DNA from: Eutreptiella sp. 'Long Island Sound 2002'
Lineage: Eukaryota; Protista; Euglenida
Direction: 5' to 3'
DNA length: 64,000 nt
Assembly (NCBI GenBank): GCA_964036045.1
Contig: OZ038379.1
Coordinates: 50,282,001-50,346,000 of the forward strand
The stretch's first letter is position 1; every line of letters begins with the position of its first letter. The notes beneath the pieces were generated by a model, which was given only the letters and a program-made list of their open reading frames with translations, ran no database searches and had not been told where the DNA came from. The translations under genes were made by a program, and so were the position numbers. Positions 36,230-48,786 of the stretch are shown in pieces.

Positions 36230-37550
36230 CGGGCCGTCTTTCATTCGTTTTTGCGCATCACAGAGGCACTCTGTCATTCAATTCTGCACACCACGTTGGC
36301 GCTAGGAGACTCGTACCTGTGCGCCACGCAGCAAATGTGTCATTTCATTCTTTGCGCCACGGAGGCACTTTGTTAGTCGATCCTGCACGCCTTAGACTCC
36401 TACTTGAGCGCCCCGCAGGCCCACTGTCGTTCGCTTTTCCGCACCATGGAAGCGCTCTGGGACTTGCCTCCGTGCATCATACACGCGCTCTATTCGTACT
36501 TGTGCGCCACGCAAGCCCTCTGTCATTCGTTCCTGTGCGCCACACACGGGGTCTGAGAACAATCCCTGTGCGCCATGCCGGCGCTTAGATAGTCGTTCCT
36601 CTGCGCCACTCAGGCTGTCAAAGACTCGCCTCCGTGCACCACGCAAGCGCTCTGTGATTTGTTTGTGTGTGCTGGGCAGGTGCTATGAGAGTCATCGATG
36701 TGTGGCACGCAGGCGCTATGTCATTTGGTTTTGTGCGCCACGCAGGCGCCCGGCGACTCGCCTCCGTGCGCCACATAAACCTTCTACCATTCTTTTGTGT
36801 ATGCCACAAAGGCCCTCTGTCATTCGTCTTCTGTGCGCCGTGCTGGCGCTCGAAGACTCATACGTGTGCGCCACACAACACTATGTCATCCATTCCTGTC
36901 CGCCTTGCTAGTGCTCTAGGACCCGTACCCGTGCGCCACACAGGCGCTCTATCTTTCGTTCCTGTGCGCCACGGAGGCAGTCTCAGAGTCGTGGCTGAGC
37001 ACCGCGAAGGCGCTCTGTCATTCGATTCCGCGCACCAAGCAAGCGCTGGAGAACAGCCTCCATGTGCCACGGAGGCACTCCGTCATTCGTTTCTTTGCGT
37101 CATGCAAGTGCCGTGAGAATTGCCTCAGTGTGCCATACAGGCGGTATTTCATTTCTTCCTATGCGGCATGTTGGCGCTCCGAGACTTGCACCCGTGCGCC
37201 AGGCCTGGCAGCTGTCATGCAGGCGCTCTAAAATTTGTCGGTGTGCGCCTCGTAGGCACTCTATCTACGTTCCTGTGCGCCACGCAGGCACTTTGGGACT
37301 CGCCTCAGTGCGCCACGCAAGCGTTCTGTCCTTCATTCCTCTGCGCCACGCAAGCGTTCTTTCTGTCGTTCTTCTGCGCCACACGGGTGCTCCATCATGT
37401 GTTTCTAAGCGCCATGTAGGCGTTCTACAACTCATACTTGTGCCCCACGCAGGCACTATATCATATGATCCGTTTCTGTGCACCACCTAGGTGCTCTAAG
37501 AGTTGCACGTGTGTGCCCCGCGGGTGACCTGCCATTCGCTCGTGTGCGGC
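36230..37550 (+). repeat. 33-bp satellite, diverged forward segment
   Basis: GTGCGCCAYGCAGGCGCT cores at about 33-bp spacing. Confidence 0.9.
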
Positions 37551-37639
37551 ACCTCAGCGTTTGGACGGGCTCCTTCTATATCATTTTCATTATTCTCCTC
37601 CGCCCCTGTTGGTTCTGTATGTTCTCCTAGAGGACCAGA

Positions 37640-39230
37640 ATCACGGAGGCGAGTCTCATAGCGCCTGCATGGCGCACGGGAACACAGAACAGAGCGCCAA
37701 CGTGTGGCACGCAGAGGTGAGTCACAAACCGCCTGCGTGGCGCAGAGATGCGTGTGTGGGAGTGCCTCTGTGTTGCACAAGGACCAGTCCCAGAGCGCCT
37801 GTGTGGCACACGGGAATGAATGATAGAGCGCCTGCATGGCGCACAAGAGCAAAAGACACAATGAGTGCCTGCGTGGTGTGCATAGGCGAGTGTGAGAGCG
37901 CCTGCATGGCGTAGAGATGCGTCTCTCGCACTGCCGGCGTGGTGCTAGGAGGCTAGTCTCAGGGCGCCTGCATGGCGCCGGGTAACCAAGGACAGGGTGC
38001 CTGCATGGCGCACAAGAACGAATCAAAGAGCGCCTGCATGGTGCACCGGATGGAATGGCAGAGCACATCGTGGCGCGCAGAGGTGAGTCGTAAAGCGCCT
38101 GCGTGGCGCACAGATGCGTGTCTCGGACTGCCTGTGTGTTGCACAAGGACGAGTCCCAGAGCGCCTGCGCGGCACACGGCAAGGAATGACAGGGCGCCTG
38201 CATGGCACACAAGATGAAAAGACACAATGAGTGCCTGTGTGGTGCGTACAGGCGAGTCTGATATCGCCTACATGGCGCACAGATGCGTCTCTCACACTGC
38301 CGGCGTGGTGCAAAGGGGCTAGCCTCAGGGCGCCTGCATGGCGCAGGGAAACCTAGGACAGAGCGCCTGGATGGTGCACAAGAGCGAATGGAAGAGCGCC
38401 TGCATGGCGCACCGGGACAAGTCCGAAAGTGTCTGTGTGGCGCAAAGGAACCAAATACATAGCGACTGCATGGCACACAGGTAGGGATCTCAGAGCGCCG
38501 CCATGGCACACAGGAACGAATCACAGAGCGCCTACATGGCACAAGAGTACGAGTTTGGGAGCGCCTGCATGGGACCCGCAAATATATGGCAGAGCGCCAA
38601 CGTGGCGCATCGGAGCGAGTCCCAAAGCGCCAGCGGTGCGCCCTTGCACGAACGACCCAGCGCCTGTGTGTGGCGCACGCAGGCGAGTATCAAGACACTT
38701 GCATGGCGCACAGACACAACTGACAGGGCGCCTCCGTGTGGCGCCCAAAGGCGAGTCTCTCAGTGCCAGCATGGCACACAGAAACGAATGTTAGATGACC
38801 AGCTTGGAACGAGTGCACAGCGCACGGAGGGGAATCTCAGGGTGGTGCACAGGATTGAGTCTCAAGACGCTAGCGGGACGCACAGAAGACGAATGACAAA
38901 GCACCTGTTCGGCGTACATAGAAGAATGACAGACTGCGTATGTGGTGCACGGTGGCGAGTCTCAGAGCGCCTGTGTGGCGTACAAAGGTGCTTCTCAAAG
39001 CGCCTACTTGGCACACAGAAAGAAATGACGGATCGCCTACGGGGCGCACAACGACGAGTCTCAGAGTGCATGCATGGCGCACCAAAATGAATGACACGGC
39101 GCCTGCGTGGCACATGGGGGCGAGTCTCAGAGTGCCCGTATCGCGCACAGAAAGGAATCAAAGAGCGCCTGTGAGGCGCTCAAGTACGAGTCTCGGACCG
39201 CCTCTGTGGCTGAACGCAGGCGAACCTCAA
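37640..39230 (-). repeat. 33-bp satellite, inverted segment
   Basis: Reverse-complement cores (AGCGCCTGCRTGGCGCAC) throughout. Confidence 0.9.
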
Positions 39231-39249
39231 ACGTGTTGAAGACAAGGAC

Positions 39250-40690
39250 CCCGTGGTGGCCGCCTTAGCTTCCCTAGTGTCATCCCTTCCCCCGTCCGAG
39301 ACCACACCTATTCATGGATTCGAGAAGATGGCCACAGTGGCCAATGCCAAGGTCAAAGCCTGGAGGACGGCAGCAAAGAAAGGAAAAGGAAAGGATGCGG
39401 CTTTGGGACCGATGTTCGGAGCCACGTGGGGCGATGACACGTTCCAAATACCTTATGGCGAATGTGATGCGTCGGCGTCGGCCCATTCGTCATACTGAGA
39501 ACCCAACTGGGGATGCAATGAACCTACGCCCTCAAAGGAGCCTAAGGAGCCTTAGTGCCTGCAGCGAGAACCCTCTCCGAGGGGGGTGGCTCCAGGACCT
39601 TCAGGCGTGGAACGAGGTTTGCCCCCACACATGGCATCCCCTAAGCTGGGTCTCGATGAGACCATGGAGCTGTGTTCCCGGGTCCTGGGTGCAGGTGATG
39701 AAGACCCAGACCTGAGTGCCCGGTCAGCGGCACTCAAAGCAAGACTCGGGCTCTCTGACCTGAAGAAGCCCCGCCCTACCATGTCCCCTGGTGTGGAACT
39801 GTTGACCAGGGATGTGAAGAGCTGCCGAGGCATCCGCAGCTCCCCTATGGACACCTGTCCTAGCCCTTTCCACCCCTCTGTGAGGGCTGTGCCTGTCTGT
39901 AGTGTAGGCGACACCTCAGAGGCTGAGATGAAGAGCTATGGCCTAGCTGCATTGGCGCCATTAGCCACTACATACCCCTCACCCCGTTCAGGTGGAACAC
40001 GTGACCCAGGTGTACCATGTAGGGGAACGAAGGCCATCGCCACGGCAAACGTTGAGATTGAACTCCCAGAGTTTGATCCCAAAAATCTGCCCGAGTGGGC
40101 TGAGGAGTTCTCCGAATTTTTACTCCTCACGGGTCGGCAACATGCTAACGTCAGGACAAAGTGCACACTTATCAAGAAGTCGTGCAGAAAGAAATTTCTT
40201 CAGCGGCAGGTGAAGACCGCTATCAGGAAGAGCGCCAACTGGGGCGACTACCTCAAGAGACTGGAACAGATGGACCAAGTCTACGAGACATTACTCCCCG
40301 AATTGCCTACATTTGCCCGTATCTCAGAGTTTGTGGCGCAGCTGGAAGAGCTCACGGGGCGTATGAACCCCACGTCCTATAGGCCTACAGAGCCTCACCT
40401 TTGACTCGTAGGGAAGATCCCTCCCAAGACTTGGGAGAAATTCAGGGAGACGTTCGAGAGGAAAGCTCGGACGCACTCCTATGATGACCTGATGGATCTG
40501 TTGATCGAGTTGGCCATGGAGAGGGAGAATGATTCGCACATGGACAAGTACCTGCGCAAGCCTCCGCGGAGGGAGACCCCTGCAGAGCAAGGTCCTAGTG
40601 GGAGGTCGCCTCAACCCCACTCTAACCCTGGGAAGGACCGAGGTGGACAGTTGAAACACATGAAGGAGACCCCCCCCTGCAACGGTAAAG
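39250..40690 (+). pseudogene. Retrotransposon gag (capsid-like) remnant
   Basis: ELPEFDPKNLPEWAEEFSEFLL...TWEKFRETFERKARTHSYDDLMDLLIELA. Homologous to 55620-56760 (-). Truncated by satellite at 40690. Confidence 0.65.
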
Positions 40691-40999
40691 GGGCCCCCGT
40701 GCGCCACCCGCAGCCGCTCTTTCATTCGTTTTTGTGCGCCATGCAAGCACGTGGTCCTTCCTTTCCATGTGCCATGCAGGCGCTTTGAGACTAGCCCGTG
40801 TACACCACGCGAGGGCTGCGAGACATGCTTTTGTGCGCCACACGAGCGCTCTGAGACTCACCTTTGCGCGCTACGCACACGGTCTATCCTTCGATCGAGT
40901 GCACCATGCAGGCACTTTGAGACTCGCCTCTGTGCGCCACACACAAGCAGTCAGTCATCCGTTTCTCTGCGCCATGTGGGCGCTTGGAGACTCGCCCCT
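40690..40999 (+). repeat. 33-bp satellite segment
   Basis: Same monomer. Continues at 48787 after element B. Confidence 0.9.
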
Positions 41000-41699
41000 C
41001 TTAGACGTCACAGCCCTTCGCCCCCACCTTGGCGCTATGTCCCACGGAAGTCCATGTTGTAGTGAGAAGAAAACTATCACAAAAGGCGTGTTCTTTTGGG
41101 GGTAGCCCCCCCCCGCAAGTGGCAATATGTAGAATGAAGGTACGTATGTCTAATGTATGTCAATATTTCCAATTCCGGTTACACAACAGATTTCCAGATG
41201 CAGGCCCCCAATCACAATAAAATGGGAAGCACTTCACATTCAGACCAGTGCATTCCCGTGGTTTCGGGGGGGGGGGGGGGGTTATTGTTGATGGTACCCC
41301 TTGTTTCCAACATTACCACAGAACCCACGAATATACCCTGGTCACAAGAACAGTAAAAATAGGGCTCATTCAACACCAAAGAATATATCCCCCAAAGTAT
41401 CCGACCGCATTTCCGAGCTTTCCGAAGCTGGGCGAAATTTCGGCCAACTCTTCAAAAAAAAATCCAAATCCACCGTTGTATGCAGCATAATGGCCGAAGT
41501 TGCGCAAAATTTCGGCCGGGCGTTGAGCACATGAAATAATGTCGCAGATAAAGGGCACCTACAACAACAAACATGTGCAAGGAACATAGGAGCAGTACAA
41601 TTGCAAGATATTGTGCAATGCAGTATAGTTAATGGATCCAAAAGATTGAGATATGAGTCAGCCTATGTAGGTCCTGCACGGTGCGCGTACAGGGGTCCA

Positions 41700-44290
41700 C
41701 ACACAAGCAGCACGTGGCAGAGCCACTGTGCCGCACCCCAAGCCTCACCCTTAGTGTACATGGCGCGAGAGAAGGACCCGCGCCAAGGGCTTAGGTGTCG
41801 TCGCTGCGGGCCCTTCCGCGCCCCTTGCCCGGGGCCTCAGATCCTCTCGGGGGCGGAGACTATCTCCCCTGCGCCTCATCCCCTGACGGCATGACCAAAG
41901 GCGATCGGGTGAAGCCCAGAAAAGGCCGTGTGCTGCGGCTGGGCGACGGCGTCCTGACGCTGGCGCCTTATTGGCGCTGCCAGCCCCCGCAAGCCCCCGG
42001 TCCCCTCTTGGGCTTGCTTGGGGTGGAGACCCTTGGTGACCCGGCTTGCACCAGTCGCTTGCCCGCGGCCGTGGGGCGGCGGTGTGCCGAGGGTTGGCTG
42101 AGGTCCCCTTGCCCCCCCCCCCCCCCTCCCTTGCGGGGTTGCCTACTAGCTGCCCTCCTATGCTTCCGCCCCCTCCCTAGGGTGGACGCTCCGGCTCTGG
42201 AGTCGATTGTGCTGCCGCTGTGGCCGCCCCTCCCACGGCCAATATCCAACCGGTGGCGGAGGCGGGGGGTTTGGGGGCGGAGAAAGTCAAGGGGGGGGGG
42301 TGCGGGAAGGCCGCTCCTCGGCTCCCGCTCGGGGAGCAGGGTGGCCCGTAAGGGGGGGGGGGGGCGAGATCCTTTGGCTGTGATCCCCTTGCTGCCTACG
42401 TGCCTGCCTTGTGGCACTTCTATTGGCACTAGGTCCCGTCCGCGGGGTCCCCCGGCGACGCGCGCTTCTGGCCCTTGCCCGGCCCCATCCGGTTGTTTGG
42501 TTCATGGGCCGCAAGTGAAGGTGGTGACGGCGCGTTCTGGTTCTCCGATTCACTCGGCCGCCGGAGCCAGCCATGCATGCCTCTGGCCGTGGAGACCCGC
42601 TCCGCCTGCGGTAGCCTCCGCATGCCTTGCCGCGTGACGTACGATCCCCGGCCCGTTGGTGCTCCTGTTGCCCTAGGTCGGCTGTGTGTCCGTATTGGCA
42701 GCATTTGGCAACCACATGGCCCGTAGCCCGGCAGCGCTCGCATGGCGGCGCCCCATGTGTGGGGCAGAGCCTTCCTGTGGAGCCACCTCCCTTGCCTAGG
42801 CTGCGCCGAGAGGAGAGGACCCCCGGCGCGGCTGCTCGCTGCGCCGCTCCCGAGCTGGCGGACTACTCCGCCGGCCGCGCCGGCGGGCAGCGCGGCCGCG
42901 GTTGCGCCCCCTGGTACGGCCGAAGGGGGGCCTTGCCTGCTAGTGCCGGAGGAAAGAATCCTCCCAAGAAACGAAGCATTGGTGCCGCGTCTATGGGCCT
43001 ATTCAGCCGCCACTGCCAATGCGTGACACAGTGCGCTGCCAAGCCCTCAAGCATCCTCACCATTTCGCCGCGGGCAACAAACTAGGGTCGCCCCTTCAAG
43101 CCAAGGGATGTACGACCCCCTAATGCAATTACGGCACCTGGGGGACTCCTCTGCAAGTAGGAGGCGGCCCATCAGTATGTGCGGCTAGAGCGCCTTGGCC
43201 GCCTGCCGTAGGACCACTGCTCGTTCCTGCAGTAAAAGCACGGCCATCCAGAGGGCGTGCTCCGGGCGCGCGGGTAGCGCCCCATCCGAAGTGGCCTCGA
43301 AATCCATTGGGAGCTCCGCGCACGACACCTCCCCCTCGCGCCAACGTAGCATGGAAGCCCATGAGACGAGGTATGCGGCCAGCTGCTAGTCCCACTTCTA
43401 TCCGCAGGGTAAGCTCGCTGCCAACCGCAGTTGTGGACCGCGGTCCGGACGTGACAGCGGACCGACTAGTTCCTGCCACGGGTACGTGCGCCCCCGTTTT
43501 GGCTGCGGCATATCCAGAAAGAGGAGCGCAACGTGGCCCATGTCGGACGTAGCTTGCTCTGCCCTCATGCGCGCCACCAGTACAGACAATGCCAACCCGA
43601 ACAACGGGTAGGCAAACTCGTCAACCTGCTGTGGGTCAACACCTTCCGTGGCCCAGGAGGGAACCAGACGGGCATGCTGCAGGCAAGCTGGCCAATTATC
43701 GACTATTGTGTTCAAAGCAGGCAGGTTACCGGTGGCCTCTCACAACCACTAGAGCCATGTGTGCCTTTCGGTCGTCCAGCACGCGCAGTGCGACAGGATG
43801 TGCCGCTCGTCATTGGTCACTTGGGCCGCACAGTACGGGCAGGTCAGGCGAGGGCTCATGCGCTGCTTGCCCGCCCGAGAAGCAGTCCATGTGGCCCGTC
43901 TGAGCACGCCCCGCAAGATGGAGAGCTCGGTCTCCCTGTGGAAGCGTGCGAAACCCGTCCGGCATGCCCGCTGGTCAATGGCCCCCGCCAGCCCCCCCAA
44001 CGTCTGCGGCCGCCGCGCCTCTAACCGCAGTAGGGCCGCTCATCGCAGTGACTGCCGTATGCGGTTTCGCAACAGGGCCCATTCCTCAGCCACTAGGTCC
44101 AATGGCTCGCCCTGCCCCGGTACGCGCCAACGCCACCATACCCCAATTGGGGCCGAATCCAAGCGCACTGGCTGTGCGGACCGAACGTCCTGCAGGCCCG
44201 TGCAACGAGGTGCATCCCTGCATTCCCAGATGGCATACATGAGGACCTGGGCAGCGCCGGGCACCCAGGCCAGTTGGGCCGTCATCCAAA
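41700..44290 (-). mobile_element. 5'-truncated non-LTR retrotransposon (LINE) 3' portion nested in B
   Basis: WALLRNRIRQSLR ... LSILRGVLRRATW ... LTCPYCAAQVTNDERHILSHC (post-RT CCHC finger). GC-rich and lacks the B palindrome. Boundaries approximate, no TSD found. Confidence 0.65.
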
Positions 44291-44900
44291 TGATTGAGAT
44301 ACAACAATTGAATACAAGGCAGCGCAATGGCTGTAGAAAAATTATCGAAACGTGTGTAGCAAAAGGTGCACAGGCACATGCTGGCCGAAATGTCGGCCAG
44401 CCTTTATACGAACAGACAATACAGACCATTGAGAGAGGTGTTAGCGCTTCCTCAGCCCCAAAGCACGAGGCTTCTTGGGTCCTGGCTTAGGGGCAGGCTT
44501 GGCAGCAGAATTGGCACTGCCAGTGGTAGTGGCAGCAGCTTGTGACTGTGTGTTGCCGCCCTGTGATGGTGAAAAATGATTGAAAAAAGTATTCAAACCC
44601 TTGCAAGTAGGGGCCACACTGCCAGTGGAGGATGCCGACGCGGGCTGCGCGCACTGTGTGTTGCTAGGAGACTCAAGAGCCTTGGAATTGTCACTTTTGG
44701 CTTCCTTGGTGTCTGTTCCTCCTTCTGTGAATCTGCCTGGTGGTCCTCCTCCTTATCATCACCCTCAACATACCGATTACCAAAACAATCAACATGACCC
44801 CTGAGCTCAAGTCATCGTACGCGTCATTCCATGCCTTGGGGGGTCAGGTGTCAGCCTTGCTAATGGACGCCCTTAAGGACTCAACAAAGTCCCCTGGTAT

Positions 44901-47061
44901 TTAACACTCTTCGGCCAGGAGGTCGCAAACAACACTACAGTCCCTGGAAAATGTGGTAGTTAGCATGCTTGCGAAATGCACAGACATGGTCCCAAGCAGA
45001 AACCAGTTGCCTGCCCGTGTGGGGACTGGTACAAGGCTCAAAAGGTATGAAAAAATCTCAATAGGCAGCACACAAGGCAAATGGCCCTGAGTAAAGGCTA
45101 CATAACGTGGCAGTTTTGTATCAAAAGCTGTAGCGGAGCAGATCGAAAAGAGATGGGAACTTGCATTATACAATGGGGTCCTAGTAGACAAATTAAAAAT
45201 AGAGATGTCACACCGGTGCAAATCCTCAGCAACCGTGGCTTGCAGACCAGCAACAGTGGCATTCACATCAGCAGTCTCACCACAAATGAAGACAGGCACA
45301 TTGGACAGCACAAGCTGGGCAACCAAGTTATGCAAACCAGAAGTATAGAGGTGTGGCACCTCAATGATGCAGGCGGCAAAGGGCAGTGAGCTAATGATAC
45401 TTGGAATAGGGGATCCACAACGCATTGCCATCACCTCTACACGACCTGCCTCAGCAGGTCGTAGTCCTCCTTAGTGTGTTTCAACCTGCGTGAACGTAGC
45501 ACACTGGATACTGACCAGACCCGTATCCGTCCTTTCACAAATAGGCTTAGCAACAGGGCGCTGCAACAATGCCCGCAGCCCCGCATATTTTGCCTCCTTC
45601 CATAGAGGTGCGTTAATTACTGCTGATCAAGGTAGCCAGGGCTTCTCTTTAGACGAGGTCTAGCAACCATAAGCTACCTTTAGGGGGGACGCAATTGCAC
45701 ATTGCTTTTGGCCATTTCGATAGTACCAAGTGTAGCTGCAGATAAGTAGGGGAACAGAGGGATGGATGTGCACGGTCCATTATTTGAAAGAAACGAAAAT
45801 TGGCCGAAATTTCGGCCAGGTACGTTGCATAATAAGAACACAGATTCCTGTTTGACGGTAACATACCTCTGCTAATGTCAACAAGCCCATTGGCAACCGT
45901 ATCAAGATGGAGTATGTGCCACGACCACATCTGGGCCTCTTCCACATCCTTTATAACTTTTTTGAGACCGGATAGGGTACTTTTTGTCCCATCCATGTAC
46001 CCTACGATCTCCCAAAGCCGATCAAGCATAATGCCTTCCACGTCCTTGAACGTGCCCAAGCTTGGGTACAACCCGCGTTTCTCCATGGCTGCCATGGCTT
46101 CAATTGCAGCGGCACCAACATATTTCACCAACCGTCCCACGCCGCTCCAACGTTTTGGCAACAACAATCTGCACATTAAAAAAGTAAGTGACACGAAAGC
46201 TGTCCATAATTTCGGCCAGGTTCATCAAAAACAAAGTACGAAACACACTAATGAGCCTTCCTCGGGTGTTATACCACACTCCTCAAGCATTACAGCAATG
46301 TGCGACAAAAGGGTCTTCTCCTCACCCTTCTCCTCATCTTGTATCCTGTCCAACAGTAGGGATATTCGCTCTAAGGTAGTGGAAGGTGAGGCAGCTGTAG
46401 TTTGGATTTGGTGAAATCCTGCAAGGCAGCGCCTGGCGTGTAATGGGCAGTCTTATTAAATTTCGTATCCACCAAAAACTAGGGTGCAATTCGGGCTCTC
46501 CATGGTTCTCTGCTCCAATTCCTGCTTGTGTTTCTGGGGAGCACTGAAAACATGCTGACCCCTGAGCGAGTAGCTACGGCTGAAAAAGGGGAAACCGAGC
46601 GATTGACAGATATCGGAAGGACCGTACTATCGAAAACAGTAGTTCCAAAAACATACAAGTCACTTTATAAAAAAGGACGTCCCGGATGTAATCCACAGGT
46701 CGCGTTGCATTGATGTCATCGTACCGGCGCTGCACCCGATCCTGAGGTAAATTTTCTGAACCTGGCCATAGCTCTGGTCGTGGTCAATAACGATTTGATC
46801 CCAACGAACTGATATTTTGCTTGTTGAGGTAACCTAGTCCAGTAATTTGACAGCACTTTTTTTCTTTGGGCTTGTCGTGGCTTTCTTTTGAACTCCCTGC
46901 GTGCTTGGATTGTCCCCTTGGAAATGATCTCCGCTTTGGGATGGTCTAATTTGTGACGCTGCGTCACCTGATGGAGGATTAACCACCTCTTGTGACTCCT
47001 TGGCAGGCTCAGACATTAAAAGTGAATGCGAAAGCACAGTGATCAAAGGAATATAGATCAA
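44901..47061 (-). pseudogene. Second gene of element B, C-terminal region resembling a beta-class amino-methyltransferase fold
   Basis: Pieces at 46834-47061, 45649-46194 (DRLWE) and 44901-45434. Homologous and collinear with the second gene of A. Confidence 0.55.
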
Positions 47062-47399
47062 CCAATAGGGCCAAAGCTACAATGACAACCACAATTTATG
47101 CGAAAAAGGGCTGAGAACTGGAGTTGGACCCAATCCTTCGAACAACCTGGCCGAAATTCCGGCTAGCTTTGTAGTGAACACAAAAGCCGTGTTCAAATTC
47201 GGTTTTTCAACAGGCTGGCCGAAATTTCGGCTAGAAAGGTATGTGTGTTGTAAATGGAGATGCACACATGACAAATTAAAGACTTTGGGCGAAATTTCGG
47301 CCAGCTCACTGCCGAAACGTGTCATGTACATGGTAAAACACAATGGCAATGCATGGCACACCCTTATTCATAGTCACAGGCACACATTATTTCCTTCAA

Positions 47400-48456
47400 A
47401 GGTAAAATCAGTCCCAGTGTGCTTTATCAACACCAATGTGCTCGCCCTCATCCAACGTGGCAATGCTATCTGCATCACAGTCAATCTCCTCCTCACTATC
47501 ACAGGAATCAATACCAATTGGGGCATCATGAGCATCAGCAACATACGTGCGCGCCCGGGGGGCACGGGGCTTGGGCGGGTGCTTTGGAGGCAGGGCACCT
47601 CCCCCCCCATTAGATGCAGGACGGTTGGCGGCAAGGATTCAAGCATATGCAGTGCGCAGTACCCCTTGTTGCAGAGGCGTGCGAGCAGAAGCATTGGCCT
47701 GTACAGCATCTTGAACACCCTTAGGGACCCTGGGACGTGAAATGAGGTTTTTCATTGCATGCAACAAAACCACTTTCACCCGGTGTGCAAAAAAGCAACA
47801 ACAGTACAATTTAAAGTTAAGTCAAGTGAGTGGGGATCGGCTCCTGACCTATGACGCCTCACGTTATCAAACCCTGTACAAACTTGGCGACGGTGCATGG
47901 TGTTCCACAGGGTATGTGCTACAAGTCTTGCACGCTGGTGAATGGACTCCTACCTAGTGTTGCACTGGCCAAGGACCCCTACGTTGCGCTATTGCCGACG
48001 CGACATGATACCCCAATTGTACCCAGACCCAAAATTAGAGTATAGGAGGGCCATACGACGTAGAAGGCAGTACAAGGCATGTAATTGGTGCAAAAATGTC
48101 TGGTACCAATGTGGAGGCTTCTTCTGGGCGGCTGTTGTCTTCACGTGAGCCATGTAATGCCACCTTTTGCGATTCTTCCGCAATGAGAGACAAAATTGCG
48201 AAAACTTTTGAAGATTTCCACCACATAGAGCATTTTGTGTAAGCCCTTTGGCTGCAGGTGCAAAGGCACCAACCACGGCAGCATGTTCAACATTTACGGT
48301 AATAGCACATGACATTAAGGCTGTATAGCACAAGAGTACGGCTTTGTAGGACAGTAAACTGCAATAGTCCTGACCCATAACAATTGCAAGGTGGCAGAAA
48401 CTTCGGCGAGATGTATTCAATGGCAAAACAAGTGGTACCATGTAGAAAAATGGCAA
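47400..48456 (-). pseudogene. Truncated transposase of element B
   Basis: Reading through stops gives LGQCNT...VCTGFDNVRRHRSGADPHSLDLTLNCTVVAFL, homologous to A's MGQCSY...VLWFDNFYR..NRSLNCTAGAII. The later D/H/E motifs were not found. Confidence 0.7.
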
Positions 48457-48786
48457 AATCTATGCGAAATTTCGGCTAATTGTAATAAAATGCCAAATAG
48501 GATGGTATGAAGTGTGCTTGGTAAAGAAACGTGTGCGAAATTTCGGCCAGCCCTAAAAAAAATTTGAAATAGGTAGACCTAAATGACATGAAGCTCAAAA
48601 GCTGGCCAAAGTTTCGGCCAGAAGTGTTCAAAATTGTATATACACATGCCTAACGGCTAACTCATCACCACCTATTTCAATCAGTGTCACACAACACGTG
48701 TAACAAAAAAGCACACATACATTAAATAGAATACTTAAATTGAACATGTGCAACGGTTGTCCTACGGGTAGGTTGTGACGCCTAAG

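Larger units (their letters stand above)
25199..36230 (-). mobile_element. Decayed tyrosine-recombinase retrotransposon (DIRS order, VIPER/TATE-like gag-YR-RT/RH layout), probably interrupted by element C
   Basis: On the minus strand the order is gag-like/UBL ORF (35400-36200), YR (34430-35100), foreign + strand genes (29860-34090), RT/RH (27350-29190). Direct repeats lie at the left end. Treating this as one element is inference, and the boundaries are approximate. Confidence 0.6.
41000..48786 (-). mobile_element. TIR DNA transposon B (relative of A; internally deleted transposase; carries a LINE insertion)
   Basis: 16-bp TIRs CTTAGACGTCACAGCC (41000-41015) and GGTTGTGACGCCTAAG (48771-48786), 14/16 identical. 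Satellite flanks both sides with only a CCT overlap. Its genes are homologous to those of A. Confidence 0.85.

Noticed and set aside
47640-47670. CALHML in element B taken as a CxxH transposase motif
   Set aside because: Alignment with A places it opposite GYTADLLVQS, well before the true H motif, so it is coincidental.
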